DNA of 63,188 nt, filler included, from Sluysia triapertura (GCA_046118255.1; 5 parts of 5 records of this genome joined end to end with filler, not necessarily neighbours in it), one strand, 5' to 3'. Shown: positions 1 to 14,130, counted from the whole stretch's first letter. Made by a program: numbers and translations. Notes: generated by a model not told the origin, from the sequence alone.

Positions 1-364
1 AATAGCGCAACCATATGTTAGAAAAATTCTTGAAATTGTACAAATGAATTGAATATACTTGATAGTTGAATCGAATATGGGCCATAACTTAAATTCTGTG
101 AACAATGTTAAACCAAGTTCACTACCATATACTTTTATCCATAAATGATAATCACCTGCTTCGTTAAGACTTTCCGAAATATTTATACAACTCTTATGGA
201 TACAAATTTTATATTCTAATCTTAATTTATGTCTCATACAATATCGTCAATATTTTCTTATTACATCTACGTAGATCAATTGTAAAAGAAACTGTTTTCA
301 TAGTTTCATCAATAGTTTCTTCGTGAGATTCTTCTAATTTTGGATCACGATTGTACCCCATTTC

Positions 365-775
365 GTCTCGTGATATCTGATATAGAAAGTAGCATATCTG
401 TTTTACGCTCAATCTTTGATTTTTACATAATTTATGCATATATGTTTTCATTAACGTTTGAACAATGTAAAGATCTTTCATATTTTCTTTTTTATCAGCA
501 GACTATAAATTTCTTACGTCGATATTATTTTCATGTTTAAAATATATCAATGTTTTAATTTCACGATATGTTCTTTGGCAATATGTTTGATGTTCAAAAG
601 GTGATGTTGGTTTTATAGCTAAAGCAATGTTATCTTTAGTATTAATAGCTGATACAAATTGTCCACAAACATCTTCACCAATAAAGTGATGATCAAAATA
701 ACGAGTTCCAATATCAAATTCTACGACACGAATAATTTGTTTCGAAGTCTTATTTGCCATTGATGATTTAAACAT
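365..775 (-). pseudogene. ERK1/2-type MAP kinase N-terminal fragment, disrupted and 3'-truncated
   Basis: ORFs 503-775 and 227-481 are in the same frame, separated by one TAG (503-505). Together they read [62 protein letters not shown], matching ERK ([38 protein letters not shown]). The G-loop is mutated and homology ends before the HRD motif. Confidence 0.88.
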
Positions 776-1119
776 AAGATTGAATAATTTCCAATTGTAT
801 TAGTCTTGTAATTCAGATAATTAATATTAATAAAAAGAGTAGAAAATAAGAATAACGAGATTGATATTATGGATTTGAAATTTTTATTATTTTTAATAAT
901 TCTTTTTTTTGTCGCTCAAATTGTGAAGAGGTATCAACAGTGTATACTAAAAGAACTATTGATATCATTGGCAGTACAATATTTATTCCTTGTATAAGTC
1001 CACTGTGGTTGGCCATCCAATTAGGACTTTCAAACAGAAAACTCAATAATATCAGTCCCTGTTGGATGGTAGCCAAAAATAGCTTCAGTTGCCAAAAAAT
1101 AATGATTTCTGATGATTAA

Positions 1120-1180
1120 CCATCATTAGTATTGGCACTTTGATGAAATTTGTGAACAGAAGTGCCAATACTGATGATGG
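1120..1180. repeat. 21-bp near-perfect inverted repeat (hairpin or tiny MITE)
   Basis: CCATCATTAGTATTGGCACTT (1120-1140) and AAGTGCCAATACTGATGATGG (1160-1180), one mismatch, 19-nt loop. Confidence 0.8.
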
Positions 1181-1849
1181 CAGCAACTAGTTTGATGTTT
1201 ACAAAAATTTTAATAAATTTTATTTTGTTAATTAATAACAATAATAACAACATCAATATTGTTCTTATTGTTATTAACAAGAAAAGTAAAAAAATGAAAT
1301 TATAAAAATCGCATAAATCTCTTCTTTAAACAAAATTTTAACAAGAACTTCCTATTCTTTTGATAATTTATTCTCTACATATAAAGATAAAATGGGATAA
1401 AAATTGCTGACATTATATGAAAGTGCAACGTTAACGGTGTACACAATGCTCAAGTTAACGTTGCTGCTTTTTTTATAAAAAATTGAATTCTTTAAAACTA
1501 TATTCCATTTATTCTAAATTCTTGAAGAGTTTAGTCATGTTGGAGTGGATTAAAATGTATTTGAAACAGAATTACTGAATAGGAATTGTTTTAAAAGGAT
1601 TGATGAATATGTTTGACTTTTGAAGGTGTAATAATTGATATGAGTCTTGAAGTGAATTGGAGTGTTACAGTAAATTCTTCGATGTTGATTGAAGTTTTTC
1701 TGTTTGAAAAAAGTTTTATGTATTGAGATATAATGGATTGTAATTTATTGAATTTAAAAGGGCAATTACAAAATAAATCTCTGTAAATTTAAGATGTTAT
1801 TATGCTATGTTTTATGTAATTATTTTTTTAGTGTTTTTAGTGTTGATGT

Positions 1850-2430
1850 TCTGTGTTAATGATGATTATGCATTGATGAATGGTGCATTTGAAGTGTTGT
1901 AGCTGATTCTAAGATGAGAAGTAAGTGCTTTCTATATTTCAAGTATATTTGTTGATGTTGTGAAACAGTATTCAATGTTTTTATGGTTGTGGTTCGGTTT
2001 AAGAGAATAAGCTATTAATGGATGTTCCCGAATGTTAGATATTGATTTCCAAAATGTAGTGTAAGATGAAGGGTTTGGGAATATTAGATGTATTATTTCA
2101 AATGAGTTTATTGTTGAGTTATGATTTTTGTGAATGAGCTAATGTAAATTGATAATGTTGACTATGATTGTGATTTGGTTTGAGTAAATAAACTATTGAA
2201 TATGTTTTATTAAATAAAAGGTATTAATTGTTAAGTGTAATATAACATAAAGAGTTCGAAGTATTAAATGGATTATTTTGAATGAGTTGTTGTTGAACTA
2301 TTATGAATATCGGATAATGTTTTTTGAGGGTTGGTTAATATAATTTGATAAAGTTAAATATAAATGTGGTTTAGATGTTGTGAAATTTTGATAAATTTTA
2401 GATTATGAGTGTTTGTCACCACAGAACCAT
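1850..2430 (-). repeat. Dispersed repeat copy with internal subrepeats; related to 12200-12610 (+)
   Basis: The reverse complement shares TGTGGTG..AACACTCATAAT, CATCTAAA.CACA, CAAACCAAATCACAA and CTTACACTA.ATTTTG with 12200-12610. Confidence 0.65.
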
Positions 2431-2849
2431 AAAGGAAATTAATTATAATTGCTGAGTTTTAAAAAGTAAGAAAAAATATAACGTGTATATTTTAGTTTTT
2501 CTTGTAAAATAGTTTTGTTTTAGTTATTTTTTGTATAAAGTAGTTCATTGGTACTTTATTGTCATATGAGGGATATTTGTAGGGTTGCTAAGATTTTCTC
2601 GTTTCATTGACTCTCAGATTAAGAAAGGAAGTTCTTTTACGCAAATTATCCAGCTTTTTGATTTTACTTTAGCTGTGTCTTCCATGGTATATAAATCTCA
2701 TACTACAGGCGAACCAACTAACGACTAAGTTTATATTTATTGAAATAAAAGTTAAGAAAAATATCAACATTATTATTTCATTGTTATTTTTTAAAAACTT
2801 ATTATTTTAAAAAGCGTGAAAATGTTTTGAAACGTTTTTGAAGTAAATT

Positions 2850-3150
2850 ACTGAAATTCAATGAGTATTCATAATCTTACCAATAACTTTATTTTTATGC
2901 GACATAGTGCAGCACAAACTCGACATACATCAACGATAATGAATCTTATAAAGCTTCATTAATAGATAATAATAAATAATAAATCAATTGATGACTTTCC
3001 AAGTGAGTATAAATCTTTGACGAAAGAAATGCAATTAGATTTTACTAAAGTACTCAAAAGTGAAGTTTCTTTGTCTCTAGTCTAGGTGGCAACTTGGAAC
3101 AAATTTGAAGATATTTTGAATGTTAGGTCTGCCATCACGACCTTTTAAAA
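2850..3150 (+). mobile_element. Possible hAT transposase relic
   Basis: Frameshifted remnants resemble hAT HCxAHxLxL (HSAA.KLDI, ~2904-2930) and EV(RW)LSLG (~3060-3100). Very degenerate. Confidence 0.3.
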
Positions 3151-5225
3151 TCTCACAAAATGTTTTAAAATTATTTATAAGTGTAAAAGAACACCTAAAA
3201 AATATTAATTTCCAAAAAAGAAAATAGAAATTCTAAAAAAGAAAAATTTACTTCTGTAAATAGAATAGAAGCTCCTAGGATGTTCTAGAACATTCCATCT
3301 ATTTTCATTGGCTGATGACTAACAACGCCATTTTAAATAGTCAGCTATTTAATTAGTTATTCATTTCAAATATCAGTCATTCAATCCAGCTATTTAATTA
3401 TATTTTAATTATTTCAATCAGAAAATCATTTTTGGAAAATCTTCGGTTAAGTGGTATAACAATCAAACAGGTTCGTCAAGGTTTTTATCATCAGATCCAT
3501 GAAAGAGTAAATTATTTTATTATTAAGGCGATTTTGATTTACTAAAATCAAGATCCTAAAATCTACTTAAAATCAATTTTGTTATTAATTTTTAGTAAGG
3601 ACCCCGATATATTGAGGGGAAATTTTATACTTAATTTATACATATCATTAGATCGAATATTCCAAGAGGATTTAGATCGTAATATATATATATATATTTT
3701 GCCATTACATTTCCACTTTTTATCTTTTGTTCTATCTTCACTTGTAATAATAACATTTATATAATTAATTTAATAAATTTCACGGATTTAACTGAGTTTT
3801 TATTTATTGTGATATTTTAAGACCCTCTAAATGTGTTTAAGGTAATATTTTTAAGCAAGTTAAGTAAGATTTTTCAATTATAAGTTACTATTAGTTGTAA
3901 GACGCTTACTGTAGTCGAACCCTGCTTACTTTTATTTTTCCGTAGGTTAAGTATTAAGAAAAACCGCAGCATTTTTCACTTAATTTTTTACGTAAAATTT
4001 ATTAAAGATTTCCAAATGGTACAAATCCATTTTTAGAATTTTTAGAATCTCGGTTAAATGACATGATGACGAATGCGAGTTCCATTATTTTCCATCCAGA
4101 CAAATATCTGAATAATCTTTTAAAATTACTAGAGTGATTTACGAAATCAATTGAAACAGCTTTTAATAATGACCCTGAATCTTAAACCTCTCAGATAAAG
4201 AACTTCAATTTATTGTTAATGATATTTCTATATTCAAACTTGAACTCGCAACATCTAACAGGCCAGCTGCAATCAAAAACCAGAATATAGTATCCTGGAA
4301 CTGTCAGTAAGTTACTGTGACATGTTACTTCGACGAGGACATAGGAATAGACGACTTAAAGCAGAACTTAAATGTTTTCTTTCTTAGTCATTAAAAACAG
4401 CATTTGATACAAAGATTATTATAAGAAAATAGCGCTGACAATGAACTTAACGAAAATATGGTAGAAAAATCAAGAGTTCCAGCTAATATGGTAAATAGAT
4501 TAAGTCGAATATTTCAGAATTCAAGGTTTGTAAAGATTTAAATTTGCTGTTAAGAGTCTACTCGTGCTTTGAATGAATGAAGCACATAATAATATACTAA
4601 ACTTCTCAGTATTTCTACAATCTAATGAAACCTTAGTCATTATACTTCAATCACGTGTTAATTCCTAAGAAACCAATTGTGATTTCTATATCAAACCATA
4701 TTTATATTATTATAGAAATGAGGGTCAATCGATTTGAAATAATAAATGAAGTAGTACGACGTATAAATGTTAATGTATGTTTTAGAAATTTCGATTTGTT
4801 ACTAAATTAACTCGATGCACGCGTTTCTGTAAGTAAATGTGAAATATTAATAATTTTTGATCGAAAAAAAGTTGCAATATCATCATAACCATTTAAATAT
4901 TTACATATCCATTTATTTACTAAATTATCAATATCATTTAATGCCTCGTAAACGGTTCACATATTCTCACTAATGATTTTGGATATTTAAATTTAAAACT
5001 ATCAATTGTTTGTTTCATGCGATAAAATGCCAGCGTTATAAAAATCGGTTGTTTATGATTTGCAGCTATATATATGTCGTTAAATAATAAGTTATTACAA
5101 ACTCCAAAATTAAAAGAAATAATAGTTCCTCAATTCATTTCAATAAATAGTTTATAAAATAGATTAACACAGATTTAAATAAATATTTAAAGTTAAATGA
5201 AAAATTAGTTAACAAAAAAATATTA

Positions 5226-6374
5226 ATGATTTTATTAATCAATGATGTTATGGAGGTAAATCGTGATGTAATGCCTCAATCAATTCATCTTCCACGAACA
5301 ATGCACGTAAATCATTGGACTTATAATGATGTAACTGAAGCTTGCAAATCTAATTATATCAAAACATCTAAATATTCATGGTATGATTTCTTACCGTATG
5401 TTCTTTTCGAACAATTTAAAAATATATCGATGTTTTATTTTTTAATCGTTGTAATTACGAGCATCGTTGCTGATTTACCATTGCCATCTTTCATTATTGT
5501 ATTTCCTTTAATACTTGTCATGTTTCTTACTTCATTAGTTAAAGGTTATGAAGATTTTAGACGTTGTTTATCTGATAGAGAAGTCAATACGCAGATAACA
5601 AATTTTCTATTTCATGAAGATTTTATTAATGTCCAATACGCAAAAATAAAATTAGGAGATGTTGTGCGAATTGAAAATAATCAGTCATTCCCAGTATATT
5701 TGTTATTATTGTTTTCTTCGAGATCAGAAATAAATAACTGTAGTGTTAATACTTTTAGTTTGGATGTAGAAACAAATTTGAAAGCATTTCATGGTACAAT
5801 TGAGCCTATATACAATAACCTGAATGAAACTTTAATTGAAAATGAATATACTATTAAGTTAACGGATCCTACTGAAGACTCGTACAAATTTCATTTACAG
5901 TTATTTCAAAACGGTGAATTAATATTGAATTTAAGGGAATGCAATGTCTTGTTACGAGGTTCAAAGTTGAAACGTATAGAATTTATGATCGGGTGTGTAA
6001 TATATGTTGGTAACGATACGAAATTAAGTGAAAATACTATTAAAAGATCGTTAAAACAAACAGCTATTGATAGAAGAATCAATCCATTTGTGCTTATATG
6101 TTTAATTTTACAAACAATAGTATCTATTATTTGCTCAATTACATGGAATTTAGTATTTTATAACCATAAATGGTATTTGAAACACTTTTATGTACCATTT
6201 TCTGAAATTACAAATTGGAAACGTTTTCAGTCAATTTTTACATTTTTTGTGCTTTTAGTGCGAATTGTTCCCATTTCTTTGATTTACACAGTTTTTAGTT
6301 GTAAAGCTGTTTCGGCATTTTACTTTAGTGTAGATATCAAAATGTGTGATGAAAATACGGATCAGAAATCAAAA
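5226..6374 (+). CDS. P4-type ATPase (phospholipid flippase), first large exon covering TM1-TM4 and the A domain; downstream exons not found
   Basis: SNYIKTSKY..FLP..LFEQF, GYEDFRR..SDREVN, LDVETNLK (canonical DGETNLK), LLRGSKL, IYVGNDTKL, IVPISL. The ORF runs into a phase-0 GTAATT donor at 6375, just before the expected DKTGT-containing region. Confidence 0.85.
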
Positions 6375-6912
6375 GTAATTTAATATTTTATTTTTACTAT
6401 TTAATTTGTTTAAATATCTTCAAAAATATACATCTTTTGAATGATACATAAACATTTATTTTGATTAAATATTTATATTCTAATATTTTATAATACATTT
6501 TCATTTTATTGTTAAATTTCAGAACTACATTATTAAGGTAGTACATTTAGCATTATCATCTCATTGATTGCATCTAAGTACAGGTAAGACCAATTAAAAT
6601 TGACACAATAATATTTTAGCCAATTATAATAAAAAGGAATAAATTTTTCATCAAGTTTGTAATTCCCCAATCTAATTTAAAGCCCGTTTAGCTCGATGAA
6701 ACCAAAATTATGAAAGAAATTATTAAAACTAAGAAATAATTTATCAAAATAATGAAAAGCAAATGATACAAATGAGAAATAGTAAAGAAAGAATATTTTG
6801 TAAATTGGTTGTAGTGTGTCAAAGGTTGAAATTTATGCTCGAGGTTTATGTTATAATGTTATAATAATAATGATTTTGTAATATAAAAATATTAATGAAA
6901 TAATAATGATTT

Positions 6913-6931
6913 CAACAACAACAACAACAAC

Positions 6932-6982
<51 letters not shown>

Positions 6983-6995
6983 TTAATAATAATAT
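6913..6995. repeat. (CAA)n/(AAT)n microsatellite
   Basis: Direct reading. Confidence 0.95.
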
Positions 6996-7034
6996 TGTAG
7001 TAAAAATTATTTAAAGATTATCTAGATTATTAAA

Positions 7035-7490
7035 CTAAAACAGGACAATTATTTTTCTCGATGATCATGGTGTTAAGCTGCTACCCTGGCCTGGAAACTC
7101 TCCAGACATGAATACCATAGAAAATCTGTGGTCGAAACTTATTGAAACCCTGATACAAGTATGACATCAAAGACTTGTGTCCCAAGCTCATCAGGAAATT
7201 ATTGGATACAAAGGAGGGCAAACAAAGTACAGTTTGTACATATTTGAAATTGTGTTATCATTCTACATGAATAAAATTTCTATATGTTTTGGATCTCAGT
7301 ATTTTTAACTATTTCACTTTCACCAGCATTTTTTGGAGAAAATAGTTATTTCCCAACATTTTACATTTTCCGTGACAACTATCGGTAAATTGTATGTATT
7401 TATACACTTTTGATTAATACTTTCATAGTAACCTTGAAAAATGTTGAATTTTTAAAAATTGTCTTTAGTCTAATAATTTGGCCACCACTG
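7035..7490 (+). mobile_element. Tc1/mariner transposon 3' remnant with right TIR
   Basis: WPGNSPDMNTIENLW from 7087 (Tc1 WPxxSPDLNPIENxW motif), C-terminal GGQTKY at ~7213-7230, and terminus ...GGCCACCACTG (7490) followed by TA. Confidence 0.9.
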
Positions 7491-10400
7491 TACAATATTG
7501 CAGACAGTTTATTTCTTAATTTAAACTCGTAGTTCTTATGAGTAATAACTCTTTTCACTTTTAAATTATTTGCAATTGATTCTGTTGTGATTACTCAAGC
7601 TTAACTCTAATATTTATTTACAAATAGACTTTATCTGAAAATCGGAGTTCTACCTGTTTGTGCTGTAAGAGATAGAAGTGCCAAATGAAGTTTAAATTAT
7701 CTTTCTAAGTCTCACTAGTAGAAGGGACGCATTCCACAAATTTTGAATTATCTATAGTCACTGAATATAATTTAGTTCGATTTCCCAATCCAAGTATTCA
7801 ATGATAACTTGTACCCGAATAATCAAAGATATGTTTAATATTTACTATAGTATATGTAAACAATACTTGCAAGACAGTAATTTAGTTGTGATGAGTAGTG
7901 AAAAGTTGTCTTTTTATACACTAATTTTACATTCATTCCATAATAATTTATTCACAATCAATTTTCTATGCGTAATTTTGTTTAAATAGCCAATTTTATT
8001 CCATAATATACTGTACTTTTTTCAATATTGTTATTCACTATTTTATATATAAAAATACACCTTATATTATTATTAATTATTATTATATTAATAATAATAT
8101 ATCACTAGATTATTATTACTGTCGCTCATGTTACCACTAATATCCAATATTATTATTACTACTTTATTCATTATTATCAATTTTCTAATAGTTTATTGAA
8201 GTATTAATAATATAAGTATAATAATTATTATTTTAAGGACATTAATCATCAAAATTTTCATTTTAACTCAAATTATTGTTGAGGTTATTAGAGTATAACA
8301 CGCATACATGAAAATAAGTATAATTAAGTATTTAATGTATACAGAAGTGCGTGCATACATTTTGATTAGCACGTGAGTATAGTGATTTAAGAGCCGATTA
8401 ACAGTGAGTTTTGGTATTGAATTCAGAATAATGAATCCAATGAATACAATTAGTTCAATGACAAAATGAATGAATTCCTAGTTCGAAATTGAGACTCAAT
8501 ATTTTGGTAATCAATACAAAGAGGCATATTTTTAATAAAAAGAAATCAATAAAATCATTCGATAAAATATTATAATTATCCATTATTGCAAAACTATACT
8601 TCTAGAAATTTTTAAATCAGTCGATACAGGCAGGCCTAAATTAAGAAATTAATATTCCACTGGACATAATTTATTAATTAAAATTACGTTAATGTTATTT
8701 AATAGTTTCTGTATAATTTATGAATTGCTAATATTAAGTTTTTCAAACGGTTGTTTTAAAAAGGCCGATAAAATCTTTCTTAAACTAATAAAATTTAATT
8801 AAGAGCGTAGCATCTTTAATATAACAACTAGCTTTTATATTGTCTTTATTTCTTTAAGTTTTTATAGCAGTAACATTAATTTCGATTTATTCATTCATCT
8901 ATCAATGACACAACCCGTAACTATAAAAGCCTTTTGAAGGATTATTTTTAATAAGTCCCTAAAAGAAGGGAAAGTAGATAATTTACAGTCTCAAAAATGC
9001 TTTTAAAAACTCACAAAATCACTTTTTCGAAGTCCTATTTTGCTTAAAGACAAAATCATTTTCGTAATTTAATCTCGTGAATATGAAAAACGAAGTGTTG
9101 TAACGAGTCTCAGACTCAAACCCAATATATTTAAGTTTAATCTAAAAGATTTTTCTAAGTTACGCATTAAGTAATTCACATTATATATACAGGCCTCCAT
9201 AATTTTATTGTAACAAAATTCTTTTATGAAAATCTTACGGACGAGTTTATAAGCTTTGGATCACAAGCGGACTGACTAATTTGATTTTTATTCATTTATG
9301 ATTGTAGGTCAATTAATTTAAGTAAAACTACATTATAAGTTTGTATGATTTTTGCAAGTAGTAAATTAATTATTCACGTTACACTAACGTTTTGTTTTCT
9401 ATAATTCAACAATTTTATATTAAATTTTACACATAATATTCAATTACTGATGATATATTAATGTCTAATTTACATATAAAATGATTTTCATATATTTATT
9501 TTGTATATAAATTATTTTCTTACTCAACCATAATATTTAATGTACAGTTTGCGTATAAAATGATTTTCGTATAGTTATTTCATATGTTCCATATTTCATA
9601 TTTGTATGTAACACAAATTTTATTTTGGCTAATTCAAAAATTCAGATTTAACATTGATTAATGATATTTCGAAGCATTCCAGTGTATTTAAACCAATTAT
9701 TATCTTTATGGTTTGTGAAATTTCGGCTTATAAATCCATAGTATCAAGTGCGCTTCTTTGATTAGTGTTGGAGCCAGAGACCTTAACTAACTCTTGATTC
9801 TTAATTTTAAAATCATCAAGTCGTTACGTAAAATTTTGAATTATAAATAGCATCTGTAGTGTCTTCAAAGTTTATTCAATGAATTTTTAAATGGCGAATT
9901 TTAACTAATAATGATTTCGAATCATTTTCTAATATGTTAGATGGAGTCTGTTTAATCTCACAACATAGAACTTTGCTTTGTTTATTGTTTAACTTCGTTC
10001 TTGTGCTTATTCTTTTCTTACACATTTGTTTGTTATCTATGATAGATTGCTTTAAACTATATTATTTTATTTATAATTCAATTATTATTATATTAATATT
10101 ATTATTAATTATTATTATTAATATTATATCACTGTCATAAGTTTTTTTTGAAGTTTATTTTGAGATACTACGTTATGACAGTTCTGACAAATTATTTTAA
10201 TACTTACACGATTTAAAATAAATATTTAAATTAGTTTTGTATGAACAAGAATATTATAATAAAAAGAATAAATAAGATCAAAATAAGTCAAGTATATAAA
10301 ACGAATTATTTAATTTATAAGAATATAAAAAATAATTATACACTCTTTATTGTGCAGCTAACAAAATACATTAATTAAGTAATAACATTTTAATTTTTGA

Positions 10401-12199
10401 TAGATGTTAGTAAATTGGAAATGTCTGGTATACATTATTAAGTGGAATCACCTGGGTTATTGCTTGGGTGTATATTCTGTATTGAGAAGTAAATAAATTC
10501 TAACTTCATTGAACTATAATATTATTTTTTATTAATATGTATTATAATATAATATATTATCAAACTAAGAAAAATTGCTTGTAAGCTGTTTTTATGATAA
10601 AAATATTAATTGAATGTTTCTCATATTGCTTTTGTGAATTAATATAAAAACTCTCACATTAATTAATTAAATAAGATTAAATTAAGCCTCAGATAAACAC
10701 TACTGGTCGTTTATAGCTACAGAAACGCCTAGACGTTTTAAGATGTGAATGGTAGCCGAACCCATTAAATTAACTTTTTAGCCAGTATGTTCAGGATAAG
10801 GTAATCACCAGCATTGTGATAAAGTCCAACCACATAAATTATTAATATCTATGTACAAGAAATTAGTATTATCAGCTTTAGAATCCTACGCTGATTCAGA
10901 AGAAATTAAATATATCATGATCAGTTAAAATTAGTAACACATCATTTCTTGATCTAAGTACTGACGACAAATTTAAACCAGGCAATGATAAAAAGGTTGA
11001 ATGGATTTAATTTATCTTATTTTGTGGCTGTTTTTCTACATTTTTCGAGAATTATCACCAATAAATATTTGTCTAACTTTAAGAAAGCTGTCATATAATC
11101 ATATATATTATTAAATTTTAATTTTTGCCACATTTTAAGACTTATAATTGTCATTACTTATATCATTAATCTTTTTTGGTGGTAATGATTTAATACTTTG
11201 TAATGCACAGATTGATTTATCCATATTATATGGAAAAATACATTTTGATTTAGCTATATTGTTCGAAAATACTTCATTGGTTTATGGTAATATAGGTATT
11301 GTGAATGTTAAATTTACCAAACTACTTCATATAAATTATAAACTATAAATTTAATTTAAAATTATTTTAATTTTGAAAAAGAAATTAATGAATGACGTTT
11401 GTCAGGATATTGTGGAATACAATTTATGTTCCAATCAAATAATTCACGTCATGCATATTTTAAAATACAAAAATACACATGATTTTATATTACTTTACGT
11501 TTATGTACAACACGTTGGACAACTTTCGAAGTAACTATTTTACAAAACACATACTTTTCAATACAGATTACATACAACACTTTAATGTATTTGAATTTGA
11601 TTTCTTTTTAGTTTGTATAGCAATAATTGGTGCACATACTTCACTAAATTCTTGTTTTACCTTTTTCATTTACATTGTTCCACATAATTTATAGCACACA
11701 AATCATGCATTGTCGCGAGTCACTCGACCTCATTCATAATATATAATTCTTTAATTAATTCTAAGATTTTTGGCGTGATTTTTTATTTAGATTTTAATCT
11801 ACGTGAATACCTTAAGATATTAGACTTACTCACTTAAGGGCTAATACGTAAGTGACGTATAAAATAGTTATTTGGAGGCTTTTTATATGTTAAAGTGTCA
11901 ATAGCCTGGTTAAAGAACTAATGTTATGATGTCAGGGATTTCGTTTCTGTCTTATTGCAATGACGGGTTAAATTATATATTTTACGTCGGATGCCAATTA
12001 AAAGGATCTACACAAAGTATTTTTGTGTAATTTTATAACTATATAAGTTTAATGCTACAAAAGGGTTTAATTAATTAAGAAAACACAGTAGTTTATAAAA
12101 GTTAGGTATAATAAATTGTTAAAATGAAATTTGTATTTTTTTGTATTATGCTGTTACAATCAACTTTGGAATGTTAATTTTTTTATTATTTTTAATTTT

Positions 12200-12610
12200 A
12201 TTGTGGTGGTCAACACTCATAATTCAAAATTCACGAAAACCTTACATCTAAATCACAATCACACTCAACATTATCAAATTATAACAGCTAGTTCACAAAA
12301 AACGTAACGTCTAAATCAATCACATTTCACACTATCGAATTACATTATCTGATTCATCATAAACAATATTCGGTATTTATAATAATCCAACAACATACAC
12401 ATCTCAAACAATTCGTCTAATACTCTCAATCATTTACCTTACACTATATTTTGATAATTAATACCGAATAATCCATAACATTCACTCAATAGTCATCCTC
12501 CCAAACCAAATCACAACCACAACTTATAACATTTAAACCACAAATACATTAACACCATTTAACAACATTAACAAGTACCTGAAACATAGAAAATATTTAC
12601 GTTACAACCT
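12200..12610 (+). repeat. Dispersed repeat copy related to 1850-2430 (-), cut by a gap
   Basis: Shared sequence blocks as listed for 1850-2430. Confidence 0.65.
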
Positions 12611-12710
12611 NNNNNNNNNNNNNNNNNNNNNNNNNNNNNNNNNNNNNNNNNNNNTTAATTAATTAANNNNNNNNNNNNNNNNNNNNNNNNNNNNNNNNNN
12701 NNNNNNNNNN
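12611..12710. other. Artificial scaffold spacer (44 N + TTAATTAATTAA + 44 N)
   Basis: An identical 100-bp construct occurs four times. The 12-mer gives stops in all six frames. Confidence 0.97.
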
Positions 12711-12979
12711 ATTGAAATTATTAAGATTTAAACTGAACAAGATATTAATAGTGAGTTTAATATTTAACAAGTTCTAAAGACGCAACAGATTTCCTTTGTT
12801 TAATTAATGAATATCCTTTTAAATCATAAATGATAAGTATTATTATTTAATTTTAAAATTATTATTATTAAATTATTATGTTTTTTACAATTATTATTAC
12901 TTTATTTTTTACAATTTAAGATTTATTTATACATATTGTTCTTTATATTTATAAGATTTATTATTTACACTACATATTA

Positions 12980-14130
12980 CGAAGTGAATGGTGGTTATGA
13001 TAAAATATCCCATGAAATCTGTATCAACGTAAATAAATCAATTCGCAAATCAAATACATTGTGAAAATGATGCTTACACTGACAAAATAAACTATAGCTA
13101 TTAAGAATTTTCAAGAAAGCAAACTCTATATACTTTATCGATCCACCATAAAACAAGAACACTACTTGTCTTCGATACCTCGTACATTCTTGGAACTGAT
13201 TTGGTGAGAACTCATTTCATAATAAACTTTTATTACAATAAAACAACTTACTTTACCAAACGACATATACGATTTTCTCGAGCTGGATGCAAGGGACTGT
13301 CATTGTGGCTGCTTACTAAATGGACACCAAGTATTAGTTTTTTATTTTTCTCTTAAGTTTGTATCAATTTGTTATGTCTATATTTTCTTAGTATTACGGC
13401 TTCCCAATTTGATAAATTATGTTTTAAGTTAAATTTTGTCGACATTTTTGAAGATTATAAAAATATGTTTTCAATATTTAACGATGATTCCTAGGTGATG
13501 TTAAACGAAATGAGAGAAAGAAATTTATTGCCCCAATTAGAGACATTCTTGGTAAGATTGTACTCTCTTACAATTCAGTAGAATCTTACAATAAATATGA
13601 GGGTATTCGTGAACCAAAGGGTAAGCAGAGAAATATGAATTTTTTCAATAAAGCATCTTTAGAAACCTCCATACTTCTCATCAGACGTAATTAAGCTCAA
13701 ACTCAGTTATCTGTTTCACCAAAGAAATCAACTGCTCCATATTGTTACTACTCTGTGTGTAGAATGTACTCTTATTCGACAAAATATGAAGGTAAACTTG
13801 ACCATTACACCATTTCACCATATAAAAACCGCATTCCAACAATCCATCACCCATAATAAAAATACGTCGGACATATACTACAGGTTGATAGGGCAGAGGA
13901 TTGCAGGAATTTTACATAGAACATGAATAAAGATAGCATGGCTTACACTGAGGGCGAACTCGACACCAATCATTATACGTGGACAAAAATGAAACTTGAC
14001 ACATTAATATGTAAGATAATTCGAAATAAAATAAACAGAATCGTAACTCTTACCCTCACAATAACAAATTTAAATTTATATTACTCAAACCAAATCTATA
14101 AACACGTAGTCAAAACTAAATTATGGTAAA
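12980..14130 (+). mobile_element. Decayed LTR retrotransposon (LTR-like segment, gag/protease relic)
   Basis: The start AATGGTGGTTATGATAAAATATCC resembles 27797-27823. Zinc-knuckle-like SVCRMYSYSTKY at ~13750 and ELDT plus beta-strand pattern at ~13955. Confidence 0.35.

Noticed and set aside
503-505. Stop-codon reassignment or readthrough explaining the in-frame TAG in the ERK fragment
   Set aside because: Other long genes translate normally with the standard code, and the fragment carries further inactivating changes.
9620-9900. Possible retropepsin relic on the minus strand (IIIGLNTL)
   Set aside because: No recognisable catalytic motif; too degenerate to call.
10400-10720. Family-A DNA polymerase-like words (SKLEMSGI, INTTGRL)
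   Set aside because: Short matches followed immediately by stops, with no supporting motifs.
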